Part shown: positions 16,829-26,239 of the stretch, piece by piece | Layout of the letters: each line of letters starts with the position of its first letter | How positions within the stretch are numbered: the first letter of the stretch is position 1 | DNA from: Acidobacteriota bacterium | GTDB lineage: Bacteria > Acidobacteriota > Thermoanaerobaculia > UBA5066 > Gp7-AA6 | Assembly: GCA_027307335.1 (NCBI GenBank) | Contig: DAHUXD010000019.1 | Coordinates: 6,712 to 70,711, forward strand | DNA: 64,000 nt | Direction of reading: 5' to 3' | Program-made: the position numbers and the translations under genes | The notes under the pieces: generated by a model | Databases searched by the model: none | Told to the model about the DNA's origin: nothing | What the model saw: only the letters and a program-made list of their open reading frames with translations

Positions 16829-17542
16829 ATGGCGGAGACCCGCGTCGCGCTCGTCACCGGCGGCACCCGAGGCATCGGCGCGGCGATCGTGCGGCGCCTC
16901 GCCGCCGACGGCTTCGCGGTGTTCCTCTCCGGCCGCACCGACGAATCGGTCCGGACCGCGCTCGCGCGCTTCGCGAAGGAGGGCCTCTCGGTCCGCGGCT
17001 TTCCCGCGGACGCGCGGCGCGAGGAGGACCAGCGGCGCCTCGTCGAGTCGGCGGCGCGCGAGGGCGGGCGTCTCGACGTGCTCGTCAACAACGCCGGCAT
17101 CGGCCACTTCGCGCCCGTCGACCAGATGGAGCCGGAGCGCTTCCGCGAGGTGCTCGAGACGAACCTGTTCGGCCCGTTCTACGCGGTGCGCCACGCGGCG
17201 CCGATCATGAAGAAGGGCGGCGGCGGCTTCATCGTCAACATCGCCTCCCTCGCGGGCGTCAACGCGTTCGCGGGGGGAGCGGCCTACAACGCCTCGAAAT
17301 TCGCGCTCCTCGGATTCTCGGAGGCGGCGATGCTCGACCTCCGCCACGCCGGCGTCCGGATGGCCACCGTCCTGCCGGGCTCCGTCGCCACCGACTGGAA
17401 CCACTCGCACGGCAACCAGGACGCCTCGTGGATGCTCGCGCCCGAGGACGTGGCCGAGGCCGTGGCGGACCTGGTGCGGTTCCCGGACCGCGCGATCGCC
17501 TCGCGCATCGACCTGCGGCCGTCGCGGCCCCCGAAGAAGTAG
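16829..17542 (+). CDS. SDR-family short-chain dehydrogenase/reductase
   Basis: TGGTRGIGAA cofactor motif, NNAG, and the YNASK catalytic motif. Confidence 0.8.
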   Translation: MAETRVALVTGGTRGIGAAIVRRLAADGFAVFLSGRTDESVRTALARFAKEGLSVRGFPADARREEDQRRLVESAAREGGRLDVLVNNAGIGHFAPVDQMEPERFREVLETNLFGPFYAVRHAAPIMKKGGGGFIVNIASLAGVNAFAGGAAYNASKFALLGFSEAAMLDLRHAGVRMATVLPGSVATDWNHSHGNQDASWMLAPEDVAEAVADLVRFPDRAIASRIDLRPSRPPKK

Positions 17543-17560
17543 GGGCTCAGGACCCGGCGT

Positions 17561-18070
17561 TCACGCGCGCCGGAACGCGGCGCGGACCTCGGGCCGACGC
17601 ATCGCCCGGATCGCCGCGACGAGGAGAAGGCCCGCGACGAGAAGCCCGGCCAGGACCGGCGCGAAATTCCCGGAGCGGGGCAGGCGCGCCCAGACCCACG
17701 CGAATCCGGTCCCGAGCGCGACGGTCACCGCGAGCGCCAGCCACGCGACCAGCTCGAGCGCGCGTCGCGCCCACGGGCGAAGCCTCAGGAACTGGATCGA
17801 GATCCCGGCGACGCACGCGGCGATCGTTCCCTGCACGGCGACGACCGTCGGGAAGTGTCCCATGACCCAATCGACGGGAACGAAGCCATGGTCGCCGCGC
17901 GGCAGGAAGAACGCGACCACCGGTCCGGCGTTTCCGAGCTTCCAGACCACCCAGCCGATGAGGTCGAGCAGGAAACGGATCGAGGACAGAGCGAGGAACG
18001 CGCCGCCCACGACGTTGACGGACCGGGGCCGCTCCCCAGCGGACTCGGGCGCGATGCTCGCCGGCCCCAT
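17561..18070 (-). CDS. Hypothetical polytopic membrane protein
   Basis: Four predicted TM segments; sits downstream of the sortase-locus genes on the same strand. Confidence 0.4.
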   Translation of the reverse strand: MGPASIAPESAGERPRSVNVVGGAFLALSSIRFLLDLIGWVVWKLGNAGPVVAFFLPRGDHGFVPVDWVMGHFPTVVAVQGTIAACVAGISIQFLRLRPWARRALELVAWLALAVTVALGTGFAWVWARLPRSGNFAPVLAGLLVAGLLLVAAIRAMRRPEVRAAFRRA

Positions 18071-18098
18071 GCGCGAATCATAGGGCCCCCGGGTACGC

Positions 18099-19577
18099 TC
18101 AGGTCGCCTTGCCGGCGCCCTCCTTCAGGACCTTCGCGTACCACTGCTTCGCGAAGAGCGGCCGGATCTTCGTTCCCGTCGGTCCGATCTCGACACCCAC
18201 GATCAGGATGCCCTGCTCGAACAGGAAGGCGCCGTCGTTCGTCTTCCCGTCGTGGTCGTACTGGCCCTGCACCCGGAACTTGCCGCCGGTCGCCTCGAGC
18301 TCGCGCACCCGGATCTCTCCCGGCGCGGCGGTGACCGCGGCCCCGGCGCTGAGGTCGTCGAGGCTCACGAGTCCCTTCGTCCACGCGGGCAGGTCGACGT
18401 TCAGGAGCGCGAGCAGGGGACGCGCGTCCCGGCAGTGCGCCTCGATGCGGCCGGACGCGGCGCGGCCGATCTTCGCCTGGGGCGCCTCGAACGTGCCCCA
18501 CCACTCCCGCGCGTCGGCCGCGCCGCTCCCGTGGACGTGGGCGAGCGCGACGCGCATGCCGGAAGCATCGAAGGACAGGGGTCCGGTGACGTCCCAGCGG
18601 CGGATCGGGACGCTCGCGTCGAGGTCGCCCGTCAGACGATAGGTTCGCGTGCGGGCGGCGCCGCCGCGCACCGTGAGCGTCACCTTCCCGTTCGCGACGC
18701 CCTCCTCCGATGCGATCGACACGGTTGCCTTCGGACCGTTGCCCTCGAGGCGCACGCCTTCCGGGAAGCGCACGTACTCCTCGATCGCGTGGAGGGCGTC
18801 GGTCGCGAGGTCGATGTCGAGCTGGACGCGGAACTCCCGCAGCGCCCGGGGCATGGGGGCGTTGATGGGCTCGAACGCTCGCGAGGACGTCGCGAGCTTC
18901 CCGGAGAGGGCGACGCGGTCGGGCGAGCGCCCGACGGTCAGCGCCCCGCCGTCCCACTGGAGCACCGCGTCCTCGATCTGCGCGAGGCGCGTCGGCCAGA
19001 GATAGAAGCCGCCAGAGACGCGCGCGGGGCCCCGGTAGTGGAGCTGGTTGACCCAGAGGCTCTCGGCGCGATCGATCGAGACGCCCCGCACGTCGATGTG
19101 AAACGGGTTCGACTCGACGCGGAACTCCTGGCCCGGCTCCTTCAGCGGCGGGTCGGAGAAGCCCGGGATCGGAGGCAGGAGAGGCACGTCCGCCGTCTTG
19201 ACCTGGCCGGGCTCGAGCTTCGAGCGCAGCGCGAACGAGAGGCCGGAGCCGACGAGCCGCGTGCAGCGGAACGTGCGGTGGAGCAGCGCCACGATCGAGT
19301 AGTCGAGCTCGGCCTGCTCGAGATCGATCGCCCACTGCACGTTGGGATCGCTGCCCCGAAGCGAGAGATTGCGCAGCCGCACGTGGCCGGGCCGCGTCGA
19401 CACGGCCTCGCCCCAGTCGATGCGGAAGCTCTGGGGATGCGCGTTGATGATCGCGCGCAGCTTCGGTCCCGAAAGGAGCCAGCGCGTCAGCGGGAAGTAC
19501 GCGGCGTAGAACGCGACCGGCAGGAGGAGGACGAGACCGAGGAGCCACGCGACGAGCCGTCGGCGTCGGCCCCTCAC
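18099..19577 (-). CDS. Hypothetical protein with N-terminal signal-anchor and a large extracytoplasmic domain
   Basis: Starts MRGRRRRLVAWLLGLVLLLPVAFYAAYF; 492 aa; not Arg/Pro-biased. Confidence 0.55.
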   Translation of the reverse strand: MRGRRRRLVAWLLGLVLLLPVAFYAAYFPLTRWLLSGPKLRAIINAHPQSFRIDWGEAVSTRPGHVRLRNLSLRGSDPNVQWAIDLEQAELDYSIVALLHRTFRCTRLVGSGLSFALRSKLEPGQVKTADVPLLPPIPGFSDPPLKEPGQEFRVESNPFHIDVRGVSIDRAESLWVNQLHYRGPARVSGGFYLWPTRLAQIEDAVLQWDGGALTVGRSPDRVALSGKLATSSRAFEPINAPMPRALREFRVQLDIDLATDALHAIEEYVRFPEGVRLEGNGPKATVSIASEEGVANGKVTLTVRGGAARTRTYRLTGDLDASVPIRRWDVTGPLSFDASGMRVALAHVHGSGAADAREWWGTFEAPQAKIGRAASGRIEAHCRDARPLLALLNVDLPAWTKGLVSLDDLSAGAAVTAAPGEIRVRELEATGGKFRVQGQYDHDGKTNDGAFLFEQGILIVGVEIGPTGTKIRPLFAKQWYAKVLKEGAGKAT

Positions 19578-19700
19578 GAGGACGTTTTCCGGGGATCCAG
19601 GGCGCCGAGGCGGCGGTGCGTTTCAACGGGCACGCACGGATCTTAGGCAAGGGACGGGCCAAGACCCGGCGTCTCGACCGGAAAACTCGAAAAAGGCTGC

Positions 19701-20324
19701 CTAACGAAGGCCGCGCGCTTCGAGCTTCGAGCTTCGGATTTCTCTCTGGGCGACGGCGTCCACCCGGCGAGCGGTCCACACCAGCCGGTACGGCGCCGGG
19801 CCGAGGAAGTGAAAGGGATAGCAGGTGACGAGCGTCAGCCGATCTCCCGGGAGCGGGGAAATCGCGCCGAGGTCGTCGGGCTTCACGACTCGTCGGCTCT
19901 CGAGGCGGTAGGTGGCGGCGAGGCCGCCGCCGTGCAGCGTCACGACGTCGCCGGCCCGCGCTCCCTCGAGCCGGCGGAAGAACGTGTCCCGGTGCGCGGA
20001 GATGACGCACGACGACGGCGCGCCGTCGCCGGGCCAGCCGGTTCCACGGAGGTGGCCCGGGCCCTTGCGGAGGGTCTCGTCGGACGTGCCCTCGAAAACG
20101 ACGGCGTCGAGCCCCACGCGGGAGAGCGTCAGTCGTCCGAGCGGCTCGCCTTCGCGCCGGGCCGCGCGGGTCGCCGGAGGGGCGTCGGTTTTCGCGACGA
20201 GTGCGGCCGCGCCGTGCTCCTGGGCGCGCGCAGCGATCCACCAGTGCATCGCGGGCGGGACGAGCAAGAGAGCGCCCGCGAGGATCAGCAGGTCGCCGAG
20301 AGAGCGGAGATACCAGGCGCGCAT
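19701..20324 (-). CDS. Sortase-family transpeptidase
   Basis: N-terminal TM helix, catalytic His in ISAHRDTFF, Cys in LTLVTCYPF, and Arg in YRLVWTARR. Confidence 0.65.
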   Translation of the reverse strand: MRAWYLRSLGDLLILAGALLLVPPAMHWWIAARAQEHGAAALVAKTDAPPATRAARREGEPLGRLTLSRVGLDAVVFEGTSDETLRKGPGHLRGTGWPGDGAPSSCVISAHRDTFFRRLEGARAGDVVTLHGGGLAATYRLESRRVVKPDDLGAISPLPGDRLTLVTCYPFHFLGPAPYRLVWTARRVDAVAQREIRSSKLEARGLR

Positions 20325-20390
20325 CGGATCACCGCGCTTCCGGAGCAGCGGCCGACCCGGGAAGGGCCGGCCGCGAGCCCGGAAACCGCC

Positions 20391-20999
20391 TCAGAAGAAG
20401 CGGCGAGCGAGGAGCCCGCCGGCGATGAGGGCCAGACCGGCGGCCGCGTAGAGCGGGTCGGCGGTGGCCGTCTTCGGCATCTCGACGGGAGCCGGCGCGG
20501 GCGGAGCCGGCGGCGGAACCGCGGCCGGAACATGGGCCGGCGGCGGAACCGGACGGGGCTTGTACACCGTCACGTTCGGGGGCTGCGCCGGAGGCGCCAC
20601 GGCCACGAAGCTGATCTCCTTGCGATCGAACACTTCTCCCGCGCGGTTGATGGCGAGGAAGGTGAGCTTGTGCGGTCCGGGCGTCACGTTCTCGAGCGTG
20701 ACGATGTTGTTCTCGTCCCGCATCCGTCCCTGGCGCGAGTCATCGAGGAACACCTGGACGTCCGGACGCGGCATGGTGTTGACGTCGCGACGCACGTCGT
20801 TGTCGCCCGGGATCTCGGTGTTCACGATGACCTGCACGGTCGGGCCAGTCACCGTTGCGCCTTCGACCGGCTGCATGATCTTGAGGCGGTAGTCGTTGTG
20901 CGTTGGACCGCCCCCATAGACGTTGGCGTTCTGGGCCCAGACGAACGCTGCGGCCGCCAGCCCCAGAACCGCGGCGGCGATCGTTTTGAGGTGTCTCAT
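20391..20999 (-). CDS. Secreted sortase-substrate candidate with an MPKTATA sorting signal
   Basis: Signal peptide MRHLKTIAAAVLGLAAAAFVWAQ, a ~150-aa domain, a Pro-rich linker, then MPKTATADP followed by a hydrophobic segment and RRFF. Confidence 0.65.
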   Translation of the reverse strand: MRHLKTIAAAVLGLAAAAFVWAQNANVYGGGPTHNDYRLKIMQPVEGATVTGPTVQVIVNTEIPGDNDVRRDVNTMPRPDVQVFLDDSRQGRMRDENNIVTLENVTPGPHKLTFLAINRAGEVFDRKEISFVAVAPPAQPPNVTVYKPRPVPPPAHVPAAVPPPAPPAPAPVEMPKTATADPLYAAAGLALIAGGLLARRFF

Positions 21000-21228
21000 C
21001 GGAACCTCCTCCTGACGTGCCGGCCCACCTGCCGGCCACGATGGAAATTGGATCAGTTCGCGACCCCTCCCCGAATCTTCCAGACGCATCAATTCCCTTG
21101 GCCGGCTGGCGGCGATGGCGACGCCAAGTCGCGGCAGCGGCGGTACTTGCAATCCCATGGTGCGGATACATCAGGCGCGGGCGCGGCGCGCATGCGAGTC
21201 TTCTCCCGCAGACAGGAGGGTGCTCTTC

Positions 21229-21480
21229 ATGGCAATGGTGATTCGCGAGGACTGCATCAACTGCGGCAGCTGCGAGCCGAGCTGCCCGAACACGGCGATC
21301 TCGGCGGGCGAGAACATCTACCTCGTCGACCGCGAGCGTTGCACCGAGTGCGTCGGCGCGTTCGACGAGCCGCAGTGCGTGGGCGCGTGCCCGATCGAGG
21401 GATGCATCACGCAGGACACGGAGAACCCCGAGTCCCGCGAGGCGCTCCTCGCGCGGTACCAGCAGCTCCACCCGAACTAG
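21229..21480 (+). CDS. 2x[4Fe-4S] ferredoxin
   Basis: CINCGSCEPSCP and CTECVGAFDEPQCVGACP motifs. An AGGAGG-like RBS lies upstream. The start was chosen at MAMVIRED rather than the ATG at 21115. Confidence 0.7.
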   Translation: MAMVIREDCINCGSCEPSCPNTAISAGENIYLVDRERCTECVGAFDEPQCVGACPIEGCITQDTENPESREALLARYQQLHPN

Positions 21481-21508
21481 ACGACGGCTCGCGCGCCTCG
21501 GCGCCGCG

Positions 21509-23323
21509 TCAGAATCCCGGCGGACGCTCCCCGGCCACGCCGAAAGCGCGCTCCAACGCGATCCCGGCGGTCCCGATCGTCCCCTCGTCGAACATCCGGC
21601 CGATCAGGCACACGCCGTGCGGCACGCGGCGCGGCTTCGCGAAGGTCGGCATCGGGTTCTTCGGGTCCGGCGCCCAGTCGCTCCGCGCCTGCGTGACGCC
21701 GATGAAGCCGGCGCGCACGACGAGCGCGGGGTGCCCGGTGAAATTGGTGATCGTGAGGATCTCGTCGCGGAGCGACGGCACGAGCATCACGTCCACCTTG
21801 TCGAAGATGCGCTGCATCTCGATCGCGACCTTGCGGCGGAGCCGGTCCGCCTGGACGTAGTCGACTGCCGAGAGGAAGCGCGACTGGCGGAACGTGTTCG
21901 GCCACGCGTCGGGGACCTGCGCCTTCAGCTGATTCAGCCCTCCGGAGAGCGTCAGCTCCTCGAACGCGGCCGCGGCCTCGGCGAAGAGCACCGTGTTGAG
22001 CGACCCGTAGGGCCAGTCGGGGAGCGACACCTCGACCGTCTGCATGCCGAGCCGGCGCACCGTCTCGAGCGCGGCGCGGTCGACCTCGGTCGCCGGATCC
22101 TCCTGCATCCACCCGGGGATGAAGCCGACCCTCAGTCCCCTCACCGACCCCGAGGCGTCGAAGTCGAGGTGCGACGGCAGGCTCGACAGGTCGCCGGGGT
22201 CCGGGCCCGTGATCGCGGCGAGCACGAGCATCGTGTCCTCGACGCCGCGCGTCATCGGACCGAGCTTGTCGAGCGACCAGCAGAGCGTCATCGCGCCGGT
22301 GCGCGCGACGCGGCCGAAGGTGGGCCGCAGCCCGGCGAGGCCGCAGCGCATCGCCGGATCGACGATCGAGCCGCCGGTCTCGCTGCCGATCGAGAACGAG
22401 ACGAGGGCGGCGGCGGTCGACGCTCCCGGTCCCGCGCTGGAGCCGCCGGAGCCTTCCTCCGGCAGCCACGGGTTCATCGTCTGTCCGCCGAACCAGATGT
22501 CGTTGAGCGCGAGCGCGCCGAGCGACAGCTTCGCGAGGAGCACGGCGCCGGCGTCGTACAGCCGCTGGACCGCGACGGCGTTCGCGTCGGGGACGCGGTT
22601 GCGGTAGGGCTCGGCGCCGTACGTCGTGAGGATGCCCTTCGTGTCGAGGAGGTCCTTCACGCCGAACGGAATCCCGTGCAGCGGCCCGCGGTGCCTGCCG
22701 GCCGCGATCTCCGCGTCGGCGCGGCGGGCCTGCTCGAGCGCGAGATCCGGCGTGCGCGTGATGATGGCGCGCAGCCTCGGATCGAGGCGGTCCATGCGGG
22801 CGAGATAGATCTTCGTGAGCCGCTCGGAGGAGAGCGCCCGCGACTCGATCCAGCGCGACTGCTCGGCGACGGTGGCGTACGCGATGTCCTCGTCCTTCGA
22901 GGGCAGCGGCCGGACGGGACCGGGGGAGCGCACGAAGCGGTTCTTCGAGGGCCCCGGCGAGACGCCCGGGATCAGAGGGTCCCAGCGCGAGGCGGGCGCG
23001 AGCGTCGTGTCGAAGCTAACCTTGCGGGGCCCCGTCCGCCGCTCCATCGTCGCCGCCATCGACTGCCGCCAGTTCGAGGCGATCTGTTCCTTCTCGGGTG
23101 GCGTGAACTCGATGCGGACGAGCTTCTCGGCCTCCGAGATCGTGGCGACGCCGATCTCCGGGCCGACCGGAGGCGCCGTGCCGAAGGCCGGCGGCGTTCC
23201 GGCGGCGGTGGACGGCGTCGGCTGAGGAGAGGGCTGCTGCTCTCCGATGACCTTGCCGGCGGCCGCGGCGCCGACGAGTCCGGCGGCGGTCCGCGCGAGG
23301 AAATCCCGGCGGGATTCCGACAT
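21509..23323 (-). CDS. Amidase (amidase-signature family) with a Tat signal peptide
   Basis: Starts MSESRRDFLARTAAGLVGAAAAG (twin-arginine motif) and has a GGSSAGPGA... AS-family Ser-cisSer-Lys region. Confidence 0.75.
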   Translation of the reverse strand: MSESRRDFLARTAAGLVGAAAAGKVIGEQQPSPQPTPSTAAGTPPAFGTAPPVGPEIGVATISEAEKLVRIEFTPPEKEQIASNWRQSMAATMERRTGPRKVSFDTTLAPASRWDPLIPGVSPGPSKNRFVRSPGPVRPLPSKDEDIAYATVAEQSRWIESRALSSERLTKIYLARMDRLDPRLRAIITRTPDLALEQARRADAEIAAGRHRGPLHGIPFGVKDLLDTKGILTTYGAEPYRNRVPDANAVAVQRLYDAGAVLLAKLSLGALALNDIWFGGQTMNPWLPEEGSGGSSAGPGASTAAALVSFSIGSETGGSIVDPAMRCGLAGLRPTFGRVARTGAMTLCWSLDKLGPMTRGVEDTMLVLAAITGPDPGDLSSLPSHLDFDASGSVRGLRVGFIPGWMQEDPATEVDRAALETVRRLGMQTVEVSLPDWPYGSLNTVLFAEAAAAFEELTLSGGLNQLKAQVPDAWPNTFRQSRFLSAVDYVQADRLRRKVAIEMQRIFDKVDVMLVPSLRDEILTITNFTGHPALVVRAGFIGVTQARSDWAPDPKNPMPTFAKPRRVPHGVCLIGRMFDEGTIGTAGIALERAFGVAGERPPGF

Positions 23324-23480
23324 GGAGGGCCTCCTTGGGGGCGGATCGTATCCGAGCCCTCTGCCGTGGGAGGCCGGGGACCTGTCAGAAGCTCTGCCGC
23401 GCCGCTCAGCGCCGCGGTGTCGGCGCACCTCGCCCAGGCGCTCCCCGATCCGGTCGAACGGCGCGAGGTCGCGGAAATCT

Positions 23481-23524
23481 GACTTCCAGGAATTTGAAAC
23501 TCACACATTCAGAGACCTGACCCC
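23481..23524. repeat. Partial copy (loop plus right arm) of a ~66-bp palindromic repeat element
   Basis: GACTTCCAGGAATTTGAAACTCACACATTCAGAGACCTGACCCC matches the right half of the copies at 24775 and 57217. Confidence 0.6.
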
Positions 23525-23577
23525 ATTGGAAAATCGCATCTGGCGGGGCCGAACGGCTTCGTGGCAGTCTTTCTTCG

Positions 23578-24798
23578 ATGGCGCGGCACGACGTGATCGT
23601 GGTGGGCGGGGGCGTGAGCGGGACGGCGTTCGCCTTCCACGCCGCGCGCGGGGGGCGGAGCGTGCTCCTGCTCGAGCGCGAGGAGCGGTTCGGCGGCTGC
23701 CTCCACACGGAGCGCGGACCGGGCGACTTCTGGTTCGAGCTCGGCGCGCACACCTGCTACAACTCGTACGGAGCGCTCATCGAGATGCTCGAGGGCTGCG
23801 GCCTCATGGGCTCGCTCCAGCCACGCGCGAAGCCGGTGCTCCGCTTCCTCGACGGCGACCGCGTGCTGCCGGGACAGAACCTCGGGCTGCTGGTGCGCCT
23901 GATGGACAAGTTCGAGCTCGCGCGATCGCTGCCGCACGCCTTCGGCGCGCGCCAGGACGGCCGGACCGTGCGCGCGTACTACGCGTCGATCGTGGGTCCG
24001 AAGAACTACGAGCGCGTCCTCGGACCGATGCTGTCGGCCGTTCCGTCGCAGAAGGCCGACGACCTGCCGGCCGAGATGCTCTTCAAGAAGCGGCCTCGAC
24101 GAAAGGACGTGATCCGGAGCTTCACCCTGCGGGGAGGACTTCAGCGCGTCTGCGAGGCGGCGGCGGCGACGCCCGGAGTGACGTCGCGCCGCGGCGCGGC
24201 GGTGGACGCCGTCGAGAAGACCGTGGCGGGCTTCGCGGTGACGCTCGGCGACGGCACGCGCGAGGAGGCGGGCATCGTCGCGATCGCGACCCCTCCCCGC
24301 GCGGCGGCCGCACTCCTGCGCGAAGGCCTGCCGGAGCTCGCGGGGCGACTCGCCCGGGTCCGCGAAACCTCGGTCGACACGCTCGCGATCGTCCTGCGGG
24401 CGGCGAAGGCGGGACGCGTGCCGCCGTCGACGTTCCTCATTCCCCGGTCGGATGCGTTCTTCTCGGTCGTCACGCGCGACGTCGTTCCCGACGCGACCTT
24501 CCGCGCCTTCACGTTTCACTTCCGGCCCGGCCAGTCCGCCGAGGACCGGATGCGGCGGGCGACGCGGCTCCTCGGCGTGGAGCCGCGGGACCTCGACGCC
24601 GCGGTCGAGCGCCGGACGGTCCTGCCGTCGCCCGTCGTCGGGCACCGGGAGATCGTCGCCGAGCTCGATCGCCTTCTCGCGGGCTCCGACCTCGCGCTGA
24701 CCGGGAACTGGTTCGGGGGACTCTCGATCGAGGACTGCATCCTGCGCTCGCGCGCAGAGTGGGAGCGGATCTCTGGGGTCAGGTCTCTGAAAATGTGA
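23578..24798 (+). CDS. FAD-dependent oxidoreductase (amine oxidase/protoporphyrinogen oxidase-like)
   Basis: N-terminal VIVVGGGVSGTAFAFHAA dinucleotide-binding motif. The last six codons and the stop lie inside the palindromic repeat. Confidence 0.7.
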   Translation: MARHDVIVVGGGVSGTAFAFHAARGGRSVLLLEREERFGGCLHTERGPGDFWFELGAHTCYNSYGALIEMLEGCGLMGSLQPRAKPVLRFLDGDRVLPGQNLGLLVRLMDKFELARSLPHAFGARQDGRTVRAYYASIVGPKNYERVLGPMLSAVPSQKADDLPAEMLFKKRPRRKDVIRSFTLRGGLQRVCEAAAATPGVTSRRGAAVDAVEKTVAGFAVTLGDGTREEAGIVAIATPPRAAAALLREGLPELAGRLARVRETSVDTLAIVLRAAKAGRVPPSTFLIPRSDAFFSVVTRDVVPDATFRAFTFHFRPGQSAEDRMRRATRLLGVEPRDLDAAVERRTVLPSPVVGHREIVAELDRLLAGSDLALTGNWFGGLSIEDCILRSRAEWERISGVRSLKM

Positions 24799-24840
24799 CT
24801 TCCAATAATTTGGAACTCACACATTCAGAGACCTGACCCC
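24775..24840. repeat. 66-bp palindromic repeat element (full copy)
   Basis: GGGGTCAGGTCTCTGAAAATGTGA-CTTCCAATAATTTGGAAC-TCACACATTCAGAGACCTGACCCC. The 24-bp arms are near-perfect inverted repeats around a nested TTCCAA/TTGGAA stem. Confidence 0.7.
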
Positions 24841-26237
24841 TAGTGTCCTTTTCCGTACGCCTCGACGTCCGCGAGCATGCGGTCGAGGTCGGCGCGCGAG
24901 AGATAGCGGCCGTTCGCGACGACGCCGGCGATCCGGCGCGTGCGGCTCACGTCCTCGAGCGGATTCGCGTCGAGGAGGACGAGGTCGGCGATCTTCCCCT
25001 TCTCGACGGCGCCGAAGTCGGCGGTGCGCCCGAGGAAGCGCGCCGGATCGAGTGTCGCCGTCCGCAGCGCCTCGAGCGGCGTGAAGCCCGCCGCGACGAA
25101 ACGTTCGAGCTCGTGATGGAGGCTCGGTCCCGGAATCACGTCGACGCCCGCGGGCGTGTCGGTTCCGGCGAGGAAGGGCACGCCGGCGCGCTGGAGCCGC
25201 GCCACGATCTCGAGCTCGTGCGCGACGAACTTCTCGCGCACCGGCAGCGGATCGGTGTCCATCGTCTTCGCGATGTCCGCGGCGAACCTCGGCCAGGTCT
25301 TCTCGCGCCACGAGGCGGGCGCCCAGCGCAGGTCGGGGTCCCTGGAGATTTCGATCGCGTCGACGAGCCACTGGCCGCGCTCCCAGAAGAGCGTCGGACA
25401 CTGCCAGGTGCGATTCCTGGCGAGGCGCGCGATCAGCCCGGCTTCGAGGGAAGGATCGTAAGTCTCGAGAAAGCGCCCCGGCCCCTTGGGATCACCCTTC
25501 ACGAAAGCGTCCTCCGACGGCGAGCTGCCCTCGAAGACGCCGATCAGGTGCTCGAAGCTCGCCTGGCCCGCGTCGGAGGCGTCGGCGGCCCGGACGGCGT
25601 CCGGCACGTGGCCTTCGAACGGAATCTTCCGGCGCCGGCACTCTTCGGCGACGGCGAAGTACACGTCGCGCGGCACGTACGACTGGATCTTGATGAAGTC
25701 GACGCCGCGCTCCTGGAGCATCGCGACGGCGCGGCGCCCGTCGTCCGGCGTCGCGAGCTTGATGGAGGCGGGGAACGGCGACTTCGGTCCGTCGAGCATC
25801 GGCCCGGAGACGACGAGCCGCGGACCGGCCAGCCGCCCCGCCGCGATGTCGGCCCGCGCGGCGAGGATCGGATCGAGATCGCTGCCCATGTCGCGGGCTC
25901 CCGTCACGCCGTGCGCGAGCAGCAGCGACAGCGTGACCTCGCGGCCGCCCGGCACCCAGTCGCCGAAGAAGGAGTGGATGTGCATGTCCCAGAGGCCGGG
26001 CATGACGAAGCGGAAGGAGGCGTCGACGAGGCGCGCGCCCGGCGGGATCACCGCGGACGCGGCGGGCGAGACGTCCACGATGCGCTCGCCTCGGATCACG
26101 ACGGTCCGGTCCGGGAGCACGGCGCCGGTCGCCATGTCGATGACCGAGACGTGCGTCAGCGCGAGCGCGGACGGCGCCGTCGCCGGGGCCGCCGCCTGGG
26201 TCAGCGCGAGGAGGAGCGCGAGCGGCGTCGGAAACAT
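24840..26237 (-). CDS. Amidohydrolase-family metal-dependent hydrolase with a signal peptide
   Basis: The HIH metal-ligand motif (DMHIHSF) plus later H and D ligands. Starts MFPTPLALLLALTQAAAPA. Confidence 0.7.
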   Translation of the reverse strand: MFPTPLALLLALTQAAAPATAPSALALTHVSVIDMATGAVLPDRTVVIRGERIVDVSPAASAVIPPGARLVDASFRFVMPGLWDMHIHSFFGDWVPGGREVTLSLLLAHGVTGARDMGSDLDPILAARADIAAGRLAGPRLVVSGPMLDGPKSPFPASIKLATPDDGRRAVAMLQERGVDFIKIQSYVPRDVYFAVAEECRRRKIPFEGHVPDAVRAADASDAGQASFEHLIGVFEGSSPSEDAFVKGDPKGPGRFLETYDPSLEAGLIARLARNRTWQCPTLFWERGQWLVDAIEISRDPDLRWAPASWREKTWPRFAADIAKTMDTDPLPVREKFVAHELEIVARLQRAGVPFLAGTDTPAGVDVIPGPSLHHELERFVAAGFTPLEALRTATLDPARFLGRTADFGAVEKGKIADLVLLDANPLEDVSRTRRIAGVVANGRYLSRADLDRMLADVEAYGKGH

Positions 26238-26239
26238 CG

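Noticed and set aside
21509-23428. N-terminal 35-aa extension of the amidase ORF (MRRHRGAERR...)
   Set aside because: The Tat motif MSESRRDFL marks the true start at 23323.
22972-23508. ORFs beginning MCEFQI or MCDFQI (also 24516-24824 and 57233-57487)
   Set aside because: Their start codons lie inside the palindromic repeat copies. They are artefacts created by the repeat.
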